A stretch of DNA of 64,000 nt from Candidatus Omnitrophota bacterium (GTDB taxonomy: Bacteria > Omnitrophota > Gorgyraeia > Duberdicusellales > Duberdicusellaceae). This document shows positions 9,902-19,590 of the stretch, piece after piece (positions within the stretch are counted from its first letter, which is position 1; each line of letters opens with the position of its first letter). The stretch covers positions 6,496 through 70,495 of the forward strand of contig JAFGCB010000014.1 of NCBI GenBank assembly GCA_016932855.1. Direction: 5' to 3'. The position numbers and the translations under genes were made by a program. The notes under the pieces were generated by a model. It saw only the letters and a program-made list of their open reading frames with translations. It did not search any database and was not told where the DNA came from.

Positions 9902-10792
9902 TTAATCTTTCCTGCAATTTACGACCACGTAAAGATCTTGACCCTCTTTTATAAAAATCCTGCCAATAGCTGCCAGCAACTTGTAAAAAGCAACCCTAAG
10001 CTTGCATAAACTATAATAAATAAGAGGAAAAAAAATGTTCTTGGACCCCGCCCTAATCTTTCTTTCTAAAGTCCTGGTGCCGAAACCGAAATTAAACAGA
10101 TAATATACATCATCGCAAAGTAAAGGGGCGGTTATAATCTTATCTACTCTGTAACTATGGGTCTCAAAGAACATCCTGATACTCTTCTTATCCCAGCGGG
10201 TTAAATGATGCGGCGGATAATCCCAGACCGATTTTTGAGGATAAATCCTGTCGCGATTGGGTATAGATAAAAACAGCTTAGCGTCATAAGCTAAAAAACC
10301 TTTAAGGAGCCTAAAAACCTCACCGGGAGCCTCCAAGTGCTCGAGAACCTGAAAAATAATTATAATATCGAACTTGGATTTTTCTTCATTTATACCTAAC
10401 TTATAAACATCCGATACGAAAGACTTATCTATGCCTAGGACGTTCTTGGTGAACTTAACTATATCCTTATTAATATCAACGGCTGTAACATCGCATCCTT
10501 TATCTTTAAGTTCTTTCAGAAAAATATTCCTCGAACACCCGATATTTAGAACCTTTTTTAAGTCCCATTCAATATCCTCTTTTAAAAAAGTCTTTTCATA
10601 CCAGCGAAGATAATCTAGCGACGCTCCTGATAAATCATACCACCACAGCTTCTCATACCAGGAGGCTGTGCCTGACTTCATGGGATTAGCAAAGATAACT
10701 TCGCAATCCCGGCATTTACGAAACCTATAACCCTGTGAAGTATATGTATTAATTTCATTATTATTATTAGAGAAGCATCCCGGACATTGCAT
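9902..10792 (-). CDS. Class I SAM-dependent methyltransferase with N-terminal Zn-ribbon
   Basis: CPGC..CRDC, VLNIGCS, FQVLEHL, PPHHLTRW. Confidence 0.85.
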   Translation of the reverse strand: MQCPGCFSNNNNEINTYTSQGYRFRKCRDCEVIFANPMKSGTASWYEKLWWYDLSGASLDYLRWYEKTFLKEDIEWDLKKVLNIGCSRNIFLKELKDKGCDVTAVDINKDIVKFTKNVLGIDKSFVSDVYKLGINEEKSKFDIIIIFQVLEHLEAPGEVFRLLKGFLAYDAKLFLSIPNRDRIYPQKSVWDYPPHHLTRWDKKSIRMFFETHSYRVDKIITAPLLCDDVYYLFNFGFGTRTLERKIRAGSKNIFFPLIYYSLCKLRVAFYKLLAAIGRIFIKEGQDLYVVVNCRKD

Positions 10793-10824
10793 TTTTAAAA
10801 AAGTTTTCGATTAATTATTTTATT

Positions 10825-12387
10825 CTAAAACAACACTCTATAGAGACGCACTTTGCCAAACGTATACAATAGCTCCCATTTTCCGGGGGGACGCTTAATA
10901 AATTCGGGAATCTCTTTAAATCTGGAAACCTTGCTGCCCTGGGGGCCTAGGAAAAATAAATCCGACTCATCTATTATTACATAAGTATCATCTAGCTCCC
11001 GATATTCTTTAACCCTAAAAATATTCTTAAATAGCGACTTTCTATTCTCTTCTTGCGAAAACAGCAAAAACCCCGAAAGAGGGTTCTGATAACTAGGCCC
11101 GGTTTTATATTTGGAATAATAATTGAGTCTCAAAGGCCAATTAACGCCCGTGCAATACACCGGCTTCAAAGGAAGACCTTTGATATAGTCGTAGACAAGT
11201 TGATATTTAACTTCTTCATCCTGATTATAAAGGCGCATCCGGTAAGAACCATATATTGAAGTAGCCAGAAGAAAAACCACTATTAGCGTCCTAAGGAACG
11301 AAAAAGAAATATTCCTACCTCTAAAATTCGCCTTGCTATTTGCCAAGCAATTATTTAAGAAAAAAGACAATATTAAGACTGCCGGGGCAGTTAAGACTGT
11401 CAAATACCTAAAACACTTGGGAATAAAATGCTGGGTCAAACTCCAGGCCCCAAATTCCAAGTATAAAAAAACTGTAAAAAACCAAAAAAGCAAAACATAA
11501 GCTTTTCTTAGCTTCTTAATAATAATCATAAGGGCCGAAAACAAAACAAAATAATAGAAAAATCCAAAACTTGAAAGCCCGTAGAGATTAAATCCGAACA
11601 TACCCTTAGGATATACTAATAAATTATGTTTTTGAATAACGAATTCGGGGGTTACCGCCATATACTCTCTAGCGAAGTGAGCATGAATCCGTAGTTGGAA
11701 GAGAAAATCTCCTGTTGAAAAGTATAAAAAAATCCAAAAGCATAATCCGAATAGAGCTGCCGCCACAAAGGGCAGGAAAAATGCTTTTTCATATTTACGC
11801 TTATAAGTAACATAAACGGCGAAAAACAATAATAATACCGCTGATACCTCTTTAACAAGAAAGCCTGCCCCAACAGCCAATCCGGAAGCGAACAGAGCCA
11901 AGATTCTTAAGAAATTGTTTTTTATTTGTTCAGCCTTAAGAAAAATAAATACCGATAAAATCATGAAAAATGCTGATACTACATCAGGAAACAACCGGGT
12001 GGCATAATTGATTTCCAAAGGAAAAAAAGAAAATAAAAAGGCTGCCAAGAGGGCGGTCTTATCGTCAAGGATAAGCTTTCCTAAATAAAAAACAAGGACA
12101 ATGCTTGCCAAAGAACAAACAAGAGGCCAAAGAACAGCCGCTATATCATTTACGCCTAAAATCAAAAACGATAAAGCAGTAGGCAAAGTTATTAAAAATC
12201 TGAACTCATAAGGGTTAGAAATATTCGCAACCTCAAAATTACCGCCTACTATAACCCTTGAACTGTGCGCATAAAGAAAAGAATCAAAACCTCCCATTCC
12301 TCCAAAAAGAAATAATCGTACGCCTAAGCCAAAAAGCAATATCAATGCCAATATATATCTGGGCTTAAGCCCTACGGAGCTAAACAT
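10825..12387 (-). CDS. GT-C fold glycosyltransferase (ArnT/PMT-like, family 39/83)
   Basis: TM1 followed by FDSFLY, ALLAAFLFSFFP, GAGFLVKE, FRYL motifs; multi-TM with C-terminal periplasmic domain. Confidence 0.8.
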   Translation of the reverse strand: MFSSVGLKPRYILALILLFGLGVRLFLFGGMGGFDSFLYAHSSRVIVGGNFEVANISNPYEFRFLITLPTALSFLILGVNDIAAVLWPLVCSLASIVLVFYLGKLILDDKTALLAAFLFSFFPLEINYATRLFPDVVSAFFMILSVFIFLKAEQIKNNFLRILALFASGLAVGAGFLVKEVSAVLLLFFAVYVTYKRKYEKAFFLPFVAAALFGLCFWIFLYFSTGDFLFQLRIHAHFAREYMAVTPEFVIQKHNLLVYPKGMFGFNLYGLSSFGFFYYFVLFSALMIIIKKLRKAYVLLFWFFTVFLYLEFGAWSLTQHFIPKCFRYLTVLTAPAVLILSFFLNNCLANSKANFRGRNISFSFLRTLIVVFLLATSIYGSYRMRLYNQDEEVKYQLVYDYIKGLPLKPVYCTGVNWPLRLNYYSKYKTGPSYQNPLSGFLLFSQEENRKSLFKNIFRVKEYRELDDTYVIIDESDLFFLGPQGSKVSRFKEIPEFIKRPPGKWELLYTFGKVRLYRVLF

Positions 12388-13786
12388 CGACCACCTCGAA
12401 TTCTTCCAAATAAGGAAGCATCATTACTATTGCCGCTAAAAACCAAAACGGCTCCATAATACGCACGATAATAAAAGTGTTAGCGCCAAAACCTTGAACA
12501 AGCAATCCTGTAAATCCGGCTAAAAAACCTAAAGACAAACCCTTGGCCCAGCTATTCTTTACGCCCTTAAAAATGGCTAAGGAATTTCGAAAAATCAATA
12601 TCAATAACCAGATAAATATCACAAAGCCTATAATCCCCGTTTCTCCCAAGACTCTGGGGTATTGAATATCAACAAGGCCAACCCCGGTAACTCCATAGCC
12701 TAATATTGGACTCTTAAGCCAATACCTGAACACTGTCCTCCAGCCCTCCACCCGGGCAACTGCTGATTGCTCCAAAGGAAGATTTTTTCCGAAGGCGTGA
12801 TAAGTCTTGTAGGGAGTAAAAGTTGATGCGATACGGCCGGTTATTGTATCCACTACCTGGGGAAGAAATACAAACACAATACAAACCACCAAAAGGGCCC
12901 CGGCGATAAGAAATAACCTTTTACTTCTGGATACCAAAATTATAACTGAGTACATTACAATAAAAGCAAGATAGCTGCTTCGGGAAAGAGTAAATATAAA
13001 AGAAGGAATTATGAAAAAACAAACTATGCCTGTAAATATTTTCCATGTTCTTGAACGACTGTATAAAAAGATGCCTATAGATACCGCGAACAATAAAACA
13101 AGATACCCTGCCAGGGTATTAGCCTCTCCGGCTTTTCCCTCAAAGGGAGCAGTTGTCCGGGATAAAACTCCGATTTGTGGCAAGGTGTAAATACAAACTA
13201 TAACACAGGTAAGTAGCAAGGCTATAATAAAGGTCTTAACTTGCTTTTGGTCGCGTATATTATTTGTGACCAAAAAATATAACATAAAATATTGAATGTA
13301 TTTTAGGACATAAAAAAAACTCGTAAGTGGGATGATATAAGCGTTTACTATTCCGACAATAGTCGAAATGATGCATACTGCAATATAACCTAATATAAGC
13401 GAAGTAAGAGAAGTCCGCCGTAAAAGCCCTAAGTCCTTATTCAAGGCCATCTTTGCAAGCCAGCCGAAAAAAACAACTCCTAAAAGGATATCATCCATCC
13501 TGACCACCACTTCTCTAGCTGGGACTTCGGCAAGTTTGAATTCAGGAGAAAGAAGCATGGAGAAAATCAATATAATTAAAGCCATATCAGTGTTTACAAA
13601 AGTGATTATCAAGACAACGAGTGAAAAAATAAGGGAAAAAACAAACAAAGGCAATTTTCCGGAAGCAAGATTAAGTTCGGGCTCAGAGGTTGGTGAATAA
13701 AAAATAAAGAAGATTATGATTATAAAGGCAATTAATAATAAGGCAGCTGAAATTTGCGATATGGCCTGGCCTTTTTTTCTACACAT
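12380..13786 (-). CDS. O-antigen ligase/polymerase (Wzy_C family)
   Basis: Multi-TM; ANTLAGYL, TLSRSSYL, SAVARVEGW..SPILGYG, LGETGIIGF. Confidence 0.85.
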   Translation of the reverse strand: MCRKKGQAISQISAALLLIAFIIIIFFIFYSPTSEPELNLASGKLPLFVFSLIFSLVVLIITFVNTDMALIILIFSMLLSPEFKLAEVPAREVVVRMDDILLGVVFFGWLAKMALNKDLGLLRRTSLTSLILGYIAVCIISTIVGIVNAYIIPLTSFFYVLKYIQYFMLYFLVTNNIRDQKQVKTFIIALLLTCVIVCIYTLPQIGVLSRTTAPFEGKAGEANTLAGYLVLLFAVSIGIFLYSRSRTWKIFTGIVCFFIIPSFIFTLSRSSYLAFIVMYSVIILVSRSKRLFLIAGALLVVCIVFVFLPQVVDTITGRIASTFTPYKTYHAFGKNLPLEQSAVARVEGWRTVFRYWLKSPILGYGVTGVGLVDIQYPRVLGETGIIGFVIFIWLLILIFRNSLAIFKGVKNSWAKGLSLGFLAGFTGLLVQGFGANTFIIVRIMEPFWFLAAIVMMLPYLEEFEVVDV

Positions 13787-13812
13787 GAAAAACAGCTATA
13801 TTTATTACATTG

Positions 13813-13838
13813 AAAATAAAAAAACGGGGCCGCGCCCC
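13813..13838 (-). terminator. Intrinsic terminator between wzc and the ligase/polymerase gene
   Basis: - strand GGGGC-GCG-GCCCC hairpin followed by GTTTTTTTATTTT. Confidence 0.55.
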
Positions 13839-13903
13839 TATGCTCGATTTCCGCTTGATAATTCTAAGAGTAAAAACACTACTTGTTTACTGCATTTTCC
13901 TTT

Positions 13904-15814
13904 TTACTTCTCAGACCTGCTCTCGTCATCTCTGGTATAGTAGCCGTATTTTTTATAACGGTAGTAGTAAGGATAGGGCTCTATGGGCTCGGTCTGAGGC
14001 CGAGTATGATTAAGAACTATTCCGGAAATATTGGTATTTACTGAATCTAACTGTGCTTTGCAGCGCAGAAGAGCTTCCCGGGAAACTCTGCCAGTTTCAT
14101 AGCAGACAACGATAGAATCTACTAAATTAGCGATAAGAGAAGCGTCGGTTACCGGAAGGACCGGGGGCGAATCAAAAAATACCACATCAAATTCACTACG
14201 CAGCTGTTCAAGCAAGGAAGAAAACCTGCTCGAGGCTAAAAGTTCCGCCGGATTATGAGGTATAGTCCCGCAAGGAAGAACCCAGATATTCCTAAGCCCC
14301 GAGGGCTTTACCGCCTCATCGAATTCCATATCCCCCAATATAATGTCGGTAATGTTTCTTAAGGCGTCTTTTAAATTATCCAGACCCGACAGAACTTCAC
14401 TTAAGCCCGGCCGAGGCTCTATGCCGAAAGTCTTAGCCAAAGCAGGCCGGCGCATATCCGAAGAAACTAATAAGGTGCGCAGGCCCTCTTGTGCGGTAGC
14501 CAATCCTAAATTTGTCAAAATAGTAGTCTTTCCTTCCTGGGGAGAAGAGCTTGTAATAAGAATTACTTTTTTTGAAGGGCTTATCTTAAGATTAGTCCTT
14601 ATATTTCTGAAAGATTCCGATATAGGCGCAGTAGGCTTGTAATGAACTGCCAGACGGATATATTTCTCCTCCTCTTCGCTTTTGGGAGGAATAAAAAATC
14701 TTCTTTTTATCCTGTCTAAAATATTTCCTTTCGCCCTGGCTCCGGCCTCAATAGAAGGGACAACTCCCAATACCGACAATTTTGTGATATTTTCAACGTC
14801 TTCTATTGTACCTATAGAAGTATCAAGGGTCTCGGTAACAAAAGCTAAGACACTTCCCAAAATCAGGCCCATTATTCCGCCCAAAACCAAAGACAGCTTC
14901 CCCTGAGAGCCTATTGCAACCGGGGGCATGACCGCCGGATTGACCACTGAAACATCGGAAACTTCCTCAGCCTCGGTAATACGGGCCTGCTCCAGCTTTT
15001 CTTTAAGCATGGAATAAAGCTTTCTATTATCTTCCGTTTCCCTTTTTAGGCGGGCGTATTCCAGGGCCTCTTCAGAAAATCCTTTTATCTGATTCTTTAA
15101 ATCTACGACCTGCTCCTTAAGTTGTATCACTGTAGGGTGTTTTTCGGTATATTTCTGCAATAAGGCCGCGAGCTGAAATTCCAAATCTACAATCTTTTCT
15201 TGAATAGGTTCGGCAATGCTTATATTATCTATTTTATCATCGTATTCCTTAAGCCTGTTCTCGGTATCACTTAGTCGCACTTTAAGGGAATTGAGCTGCT
15301 CTTCGACAAATTCACGCACGCTGCGGGCCTGCTTATTCTTGCTAAGAAGGTTCTCCTCAACATATACCCGGGCGACAGCATTTGCTAAATCAACTGCTTC
15401 CTGAGGCTTTTTGGATGTAGCCATAATCTTTATTATATTTGTCCTTCCGATGAGCTCGGTTTCAACCTGCGAGCTTATTCTTGTTACCGCTTCATTAACC
15501 GCATCCAAAGGAGAGTTTTCTTCAATAAAACCAAGATGCAAGGCTACTTTCTTGATAACCGGATAGCCTTTAATGATCTTGGCCTGAGACTCCATAATAT
15601 CGCCGGGATTATAGGAAATCCATTCGGTAAGCAGCCCGGCGATTGTCTTTCTTTCTTCATATTTTACGGTAGTTGTAGACTGATAAAGGGTTATTTGACG
15701 GGAGGAATGAAAGCCGAAGAGTAGGACCGATAAGATAAAAGTAACAATAACGATAAACTTGCGTTTCCGGAAAATCCTTATATAATCGCGCAAATTTAGC
15801 TCGTATTGTACCAT
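13904..15814 (-). CDS. wzc: Polysaccharide co-polymerase / BY-kinase (Wzc)
   Basis: ELNLRDYIRIF Wzz N-terminus, ESFRNIRTNL, Walker A SSSPQEGKTT, DMRRP, FDSPPVL, C-terminal Tyr cluster YPYYYRYKKYGYY. Confidence 0.92.
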   Translation of the reverse strand: MVQYELNLRDYIRIFRKRKFIVIVTFILSVLLFGFHSSRQITLYQSTTTVKYEERKTIAGLLTEWISYNPGDIMESQAKIIKGYPVIKKVALHLGFIEENSPLDAVNEAVTRISSQVETELIGRTNIIKIMATSKKPQEAVDLANAVARVYVEENLLSKNKQARSVREFVEEQLNSLKVRLSDTENRLKEYDDKIDNISIAEPIQEKIVDLEFQLAALLQKYTEKHPTVIQLKEQVVDLKNQIKGFSEEALEYARLKRETEDNRKLYSMLKEKLEQARITEAEEVSDVSVVNPAVMPPVAIGSQGKLSLVLGGIMGLILGSVLAFVTETLDTSIGTIEDVENITKLSVLGVVPSIEAGARAKGNILDRIKRRFFIPPKSEEEEKYIRLAVHYKPTAPISESFRNIRTNLKISPSKKVILITSSSPQEGKTTILTNLGLATAQEGLRTLLVSSDMRRPALAKTFGIEPRPGLSEVLSGLDNLKDALRNITDIILGDMEFDEAVKPSGLRNIWVLPCGTIPHNPAELLASSRFSSLLEQLRSEFDVVFFDSPPVLPVTDASLIANLVDSIVVCYETGRVSREALLRCKAQLDSVNTNISGIVLNHTRPQTEPIEPYPYYYRYKKYGYYTRDDESRSEK

Positions 15815-15828
15815 AATATTCTAGAAAA

Positions 15829-15857
15829 ATTCTATCAGATTTACCCACCCCAATCAA
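15829..15857 (-). promoter_or_regulatory. sigma70-type promoter for wzc
   Basis: TTGATT-17 nt-TAGAAT with extended TG; 14 nt upstream of wzc ATG. Confidence 0.55.
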
Positions 15858-15898
15858 GAAGATTAAGCGCTATTTGGCTTTCCTAATTACCCTTAAGC

Positions 15899-15927
15899 TT
15901 GACGCCTAAATTCTTATCTGATACCCT
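15899..15927 (+). promoter_or_regulatory. sigma70-type promoter for ABC exporter (probably leaderless mRNA)
   Basis: TTGACG-17 nt-TACCCT with extended TG; ATG begins at the 7th nt after the -10; no SD. Confidence 0.5.
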
Positions 15928-15933
15928 ATCCTC

Positions 15934-16722
15934 ATGAATACAACAATAATAGAAACAAAAGAGATAACTAAACTCTTTTGGTCTCCTCTTTCTCTATCGA
16001 AAATATCAAGGTTAGATCTTAAAAGAACAAAGCCGGTCAAAGCCCTAGATCAAATATCTTTTAAATGCGACAAAGGCTCAACCTTAGTTGTTTTAGGGCC
16101 GAACGGTGCAGGAAAAACCACGCTACTTAAGATAATCTCTACTCTTGTGCTTGCCGACAAAGGCGAGGTTAAGATAGCCGGGTATAAGGTTGGTAAGGAT
16201 GATGAGAAAATAAAGTCGAAAATAGGCTTAGCTAGCGGGGAAGAGCGAAGTTTCTATTGGCGCCTTACCGGAAGACAGAATTTAGAGTTTTTTGCAAGCC
16301 TCTACGGCATGGATAAAAACGAAATTAAATCCCGGCTTGAGATATTATTTAAATTATTTAAGATTGACTACCAGGAAAAACGCTTTGATACCTACTCCAC
16401 TGGTATGAAAAGGCGATTTTCCCTTATAAGGGCCCTTATTCATGATCCGGAAATCTTACTTTTGGACGAACCCACAAAAAGCCTGGATTATAACTGCCGG
16501 CAGGAACTAACCAAGCTTATAAAAGAACTGACAATGAAGGGCAAAACCGTAATCTTGGCCACACATGATATACAAGAAGCCGAGAATTTATCTAGTTTAT
16601 TTATGATTCTTAACAAAGGAAGGCTCTGCGGATTCGGCTCTAAAGAAGAATTAAGTAAAAAGATAGGATTAGGCGCAACGAATCTGGCTAAAGTCTATTT
16701 AACCCTTACCGAGAATGTCTAA
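15934..16722 (+). CDS. ABC-2 type exporter ATP-binding protein
   Basis: GPNGAGKTT, YSTGMKRR signature, LLLDEPT, ATH. Confidence 0.92.
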   Translation: MNTTIIETKEITKLFWSPLSLSKISRLDLKRTKPVKALDQISFKCDKGSTLVVLGPNGAGKTTLLKIISTLVLADKGEVKIAGYKVGKDDEKIKSKIGLASGEERSFYWRLTGRQNLEFFASLYGMDKNEIKSRLEILFKLFKIDYQEKRFDTYSTGMKRRFSLIRALIHDPEILLLDEPTKSLDYNCRQELTKLIKELTMKGKTVILATHDIQEAENLSSLFMILNKGRLCGFGSKEELSKKIGLGATNLAKVYLTLTENV

Positions 16723-17518
16723 AATAATTTCTCTACTAAAGAAAGATTTTTTAATTGAAACAAGTTACAAATTAGCCTTTTTATTCAATATCTTCGGCGT
16801 CATTAGCAGCCTGCTTATTTATTTCTTTATTGACAAACTTTTCGGCCAAAGAATAAGCCCGCACTTGGAAGAATTCGGAATAAATTATTTTTCTTATGTG
16901 CTTTTAAGCATGGCTTTCTTCAGTTATATCGGCGTAGGCATCGGCTCTTTTTCCTCCCGGATTAGAGCCGAACAAATACAGGGGACGCTGGAATCACTTC
17001 TGGTCACTCCCACCAAAATATCAATAATCCTCTTAAGTATGGGTCTCTGGAACCTCATCTTCGCCACAATCGACGTTTTTATATATATTTCTTTAGGGGT
17101 AATATTATTTAACATAAACTTTACTAATGTAAACCTTATTTCAACGCTCGCAGTATTAATCTTGACTATTATATCCTTTAGCAGCCTAGGCATACTTTCC
17201 GCCAGTTTTATAATGATTTTTAAACGGGGAAATCCTGTAGCCTGGATTATAAATACCCTAGAGGGCCTTTTAGGCGGTGTATATTTTCCGGTTAAGGTTA
17301 TGCCGGCTTTCCTGCAGTTTCTGGCTAGATTCCTACCGATTACCTATGCCATACGGGCAATGCAACTGGCTGTATACAAAGGACATACTGTCTTTGAGCT
17401 TAAAAATGAACTTCTTTTTCTTTTCTTGTTCTCCTGCCTGCTTCTACCTCTAAGCTTTACCTCTTTTAGCTACGCTCTTAAGAAAGCTCGCCTCCAAGGA
17501 AGCCTCCTGCAATACTAG
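16715..17518 (+). CDS. ABC-2 type exporter permease
   Basis: 6 TM; EQIQGTLESLLVTP, GGVYFPV, LPITYAI; overlaps ATPase gene by 8 nt. Confidence 0.9.
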   Translation: MSKIISLLKKDFLIETSYKLAFLFNIFGVISSLLIYFFIDKLFGQRISPHLEEFGINYFSYVLLSMAFFSYIGVGIGSFSSRIRAEQIQGTLESLLVTPTKISIILLSMGLWNLIFATIDVFIYISLGVILFNINFTNVNLISTLAVLILTIISFSSLGILSASFIMIFKRGNPVAWIINTLEGLLGGVYFPVKVMPAFLQFLARFLPITYAIRAMQLAVYKGHTVFELKNELLFLFLFSCLLLPLSFTSFSYALKKARLQGSLLQY

Positions 17519-17551
17519 CTTTACAGAAATGATTCAAACGGTTTTGTAACG

Positions 17552-18694
17552 TTAGGGGGTGAGGAGATTTTTTAAGCGGTGCAGGTAGTGGGTAGGGCGG
17601 ATTCTTGAAGGAGGCAAACCAAGGTTGTGGGCCAAAATAAGGGATGAAGGTAGAAAGCTCCTTTTAACAAAACGCAGTTTAGGAGAAAATCCTTTTTGTA
17701 GAAAAAGAAAAGCTAGCCAGCACATCCTGTAAGAACGCAGCCCTCTCTTGGCCAAATAGGAATAAATAAATTTCTGAAAGCCCGGCTTTAGCATTCCGGT
17801 ATATTTGGAATTAAGACTTTTCAAACCAAGTAATTCTTCCGTAAGAGCGAGGCTAAAATAGACAATCCCAGATATGCCCCACTCTCGGGAAAAATAATCA
17901 ATCCTTTGCCAATCCAGGTTTTCCGCGTAAGAAGATAAAACCATGGCAATATCCGACAATCTCATTAAGTTATCGAAAGAATGGATAAAAGCATGCAGAC
18001 ACAAATAAATTAAAAGATGCTCGGGACATAAAGCAAGAGCATCAACTCCGCCTATTTTAGTAGATTGTACTTTGCTCCAAACACTAAACATATCTATACG
18101 ACTGACTAAATCCTCCAAAGGCCAAGTGGTATTTACAAGGTGCCAGTGAAGATGTAAACAGTATTTAAAGGGCCTTTCTTTTTTGTACATAAGCGTGTTA
18201 AGAGGTAAGATGCGGGAATTTTTAAGAAAATCAAAGTAAGAGTCGGGGGTTATGTAGCCTAAAGAATTTAAAAGAAGGTTAGCCTCTTTAAGATTATCCT
18301 TGGCAATAAGTAAGTCTATATCGCTCATCGGACGTAAGGCTATATTCTTGTAAACATGTTCTGCCAGAAAAACCCCTTTAATAGCAATTGTTTTTATGTT
18401 TTTTTCGGAAAATTTAGCTATTATCTTTTCTGCCTCTTCGAATACAAGAGTATTACTCAAAGAATTAGCATAATACTTCCTCTTAAATTCCTCCCTAACA
18501 CTTAAAGGAACAAGACCGTTTAAATTCTTCAAACCCCGGTAAATAAGAGGATAAACTTTCTCCCTATAAGACTTATTAAGGATATATTGCCAGTCCACAC
18601 TGGAACCGGATAAGATCTGTTCAACCTGCTTTAAATAAGCGGCTCTGGCATTTAAGCCCAGCAAACAAGTTAATAATTCATCTTCTCTGCGCAT
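17552..18694 (-). CDS. Nucleotidyltransferase (NTP_transf_5-like, RiPP/lasso-associated type)
   Basis: IKGVFLAEHVYKNIALRPMSDIDLLI (KG..LA..Y..R..DIDL), LHLHWHL, LCLHAFIH..LSDI. Confidence 0.82.
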   Translation of the reverse strand: MRREDELLTCLLGLNARAAYLKQVEQILSGSSVDWQYILNKSYREKVYPLIYRGLKNLNGLVPLSVREEFKRKYYANSLSNTLVFEEAEKIIAKFSEKNIKTIAIKGVFLAEHVYKNIALRPMSDIDLLIAKDNLKEANLLLNSLGYITPDSYFDFLKNSRILPLNTLMYKKERPFKYCLHLHWHLVNTTWPLEDLVSRIDMFSVWSKVQSTKIGGVDALALCPEHLLIYLCLHAFIHSFDNLMRLSDIAMVLSSYAENLDWQRIDYFSREWGISGIVYFSLALTEELLGLKSLNSKYTGMLKPGFQKFIYSYLAKRGLRSYRMCWLAFLFLQKGFSPKLRFVKRSFLPSSLILAHNLGLPPSRIRPTHYLHRLKNLLTP

Positions 18695-18699
18695 ACCTT

Positions 18700-19590
18700 T
18701 TATAGGACTTTACTCATGATAATTCGCTCTTTTTTAGTCTTTCTATCGCCTCTTCTTAACTCCCGGTCAATCGCAGGAACAGATACTTGATTAAACCCGA
18801 GCTTGCTGTATAAATTAACTGCCGGCTTATTATCCTTAAATACAAAGAGCCTCACTTGAGTAGCCCCTTCTTCTTTTAAAAACCTTAAGGCCGTATACGT
18901 AAGCTTGTAAGCAATGCCTAAACGCCGGTAAAACCAATGCACCTGCGTAGAATAAATCCACCATCCCCTATAAGCCTCATTATCGGTGAAATTATTAAGG
19001 TTTAAACCGGCAATAACCTTATCCTCTCTCTTGGCCAGGATACGTTTATCCAAACCATCTAAAGATTCAATCTCATAGTTTACTTTTACCCTAATAAGCG
19101 TTCTTACTATATAACGATAAACTTTAAAACCCTGCACCCAACGTAGCAACATACCAGCTATTTTACGCATAGCTTCTACAGCAAAATTAATCCTGGCGTA
19201 GAATAAAGCTATGGCCTTAAACAAGGGGCTATCGGGAAATATTCTCCTGTCCCCTCTTTGGATAAACTTAACCTTACCTAAAAGATCACCTGAAGCGACT
19301 TCTTCAGGCTCTATATTAGAATCCCCCCTGGCTATTAAAATAAGCTTTCCTTCGCGAAGACGCCTCTTTATAAACCTGTGGGCGGCCAGGCGTTTATCCG
19401 GAGTCTTATAAAATATCACCTCGCCCAAACGTATTTTATCGGCCGCGGCCCTTTCAACAGTAAGGATATCCCCGTCCAAGATAGACGGACACATACTTTT
19501 CCCCCTGGCCTTAAAGCGAAGAAGGCCTGCCTTATTAATAATATCCCGGCTTAACTTAAGAAATTCTATTTTGTCCAGCTTCACGGGCAA
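18700..19590 (-). CDS. S24/S26 family peptidase fused to C-terminal GNAT acetyltransferase
   Basis: GKSMCPSILDGD..GEVIFY..AAHR..ARGDSN (Ser/His peptidase); VHWFYRRLGIAYKL..LFVFKDNKPAVNLYSKLGF (GNAT). Confidence 0.8.
   Translation of the reverse strand: MPVKLDKIEFLKLSRDIINKAGLLRFKARGKSMCPSILDGDILTVERAAADKIRLGEVIFYKTPDKRLAAHRFIKRRLREGKLILIARGDSNIEPEEVASGDLLGKVKFIQRGDRRIFPDSPLFKAIALFYARINFAVEAMRKIAGMLLRWVQGFKVYRYIVRTLIRVKVNYEIESLDGLDKRILAKREDKVIAGLNLNNFTDNEAYRGWWIYSTQVHWFYRRLGIAYKLTYTALRFLKEEGATQVRLFVFKDNKPAVNLYSKLGFNQVSVPAIDRELRRGDRKTKKERIIMSKVL

Noticed and set aside
15934-17518. Wzm/Wzt glycan ABC exporter
   Set aside because: The ATPase signature (YSTGM, EERSFYWRLTGRQNL) and permease (GTLESLL) fit drug/peptide ABC-2 exporters, and the glycan cluster already has Wzx/Wzy; its substrate remains unproven.
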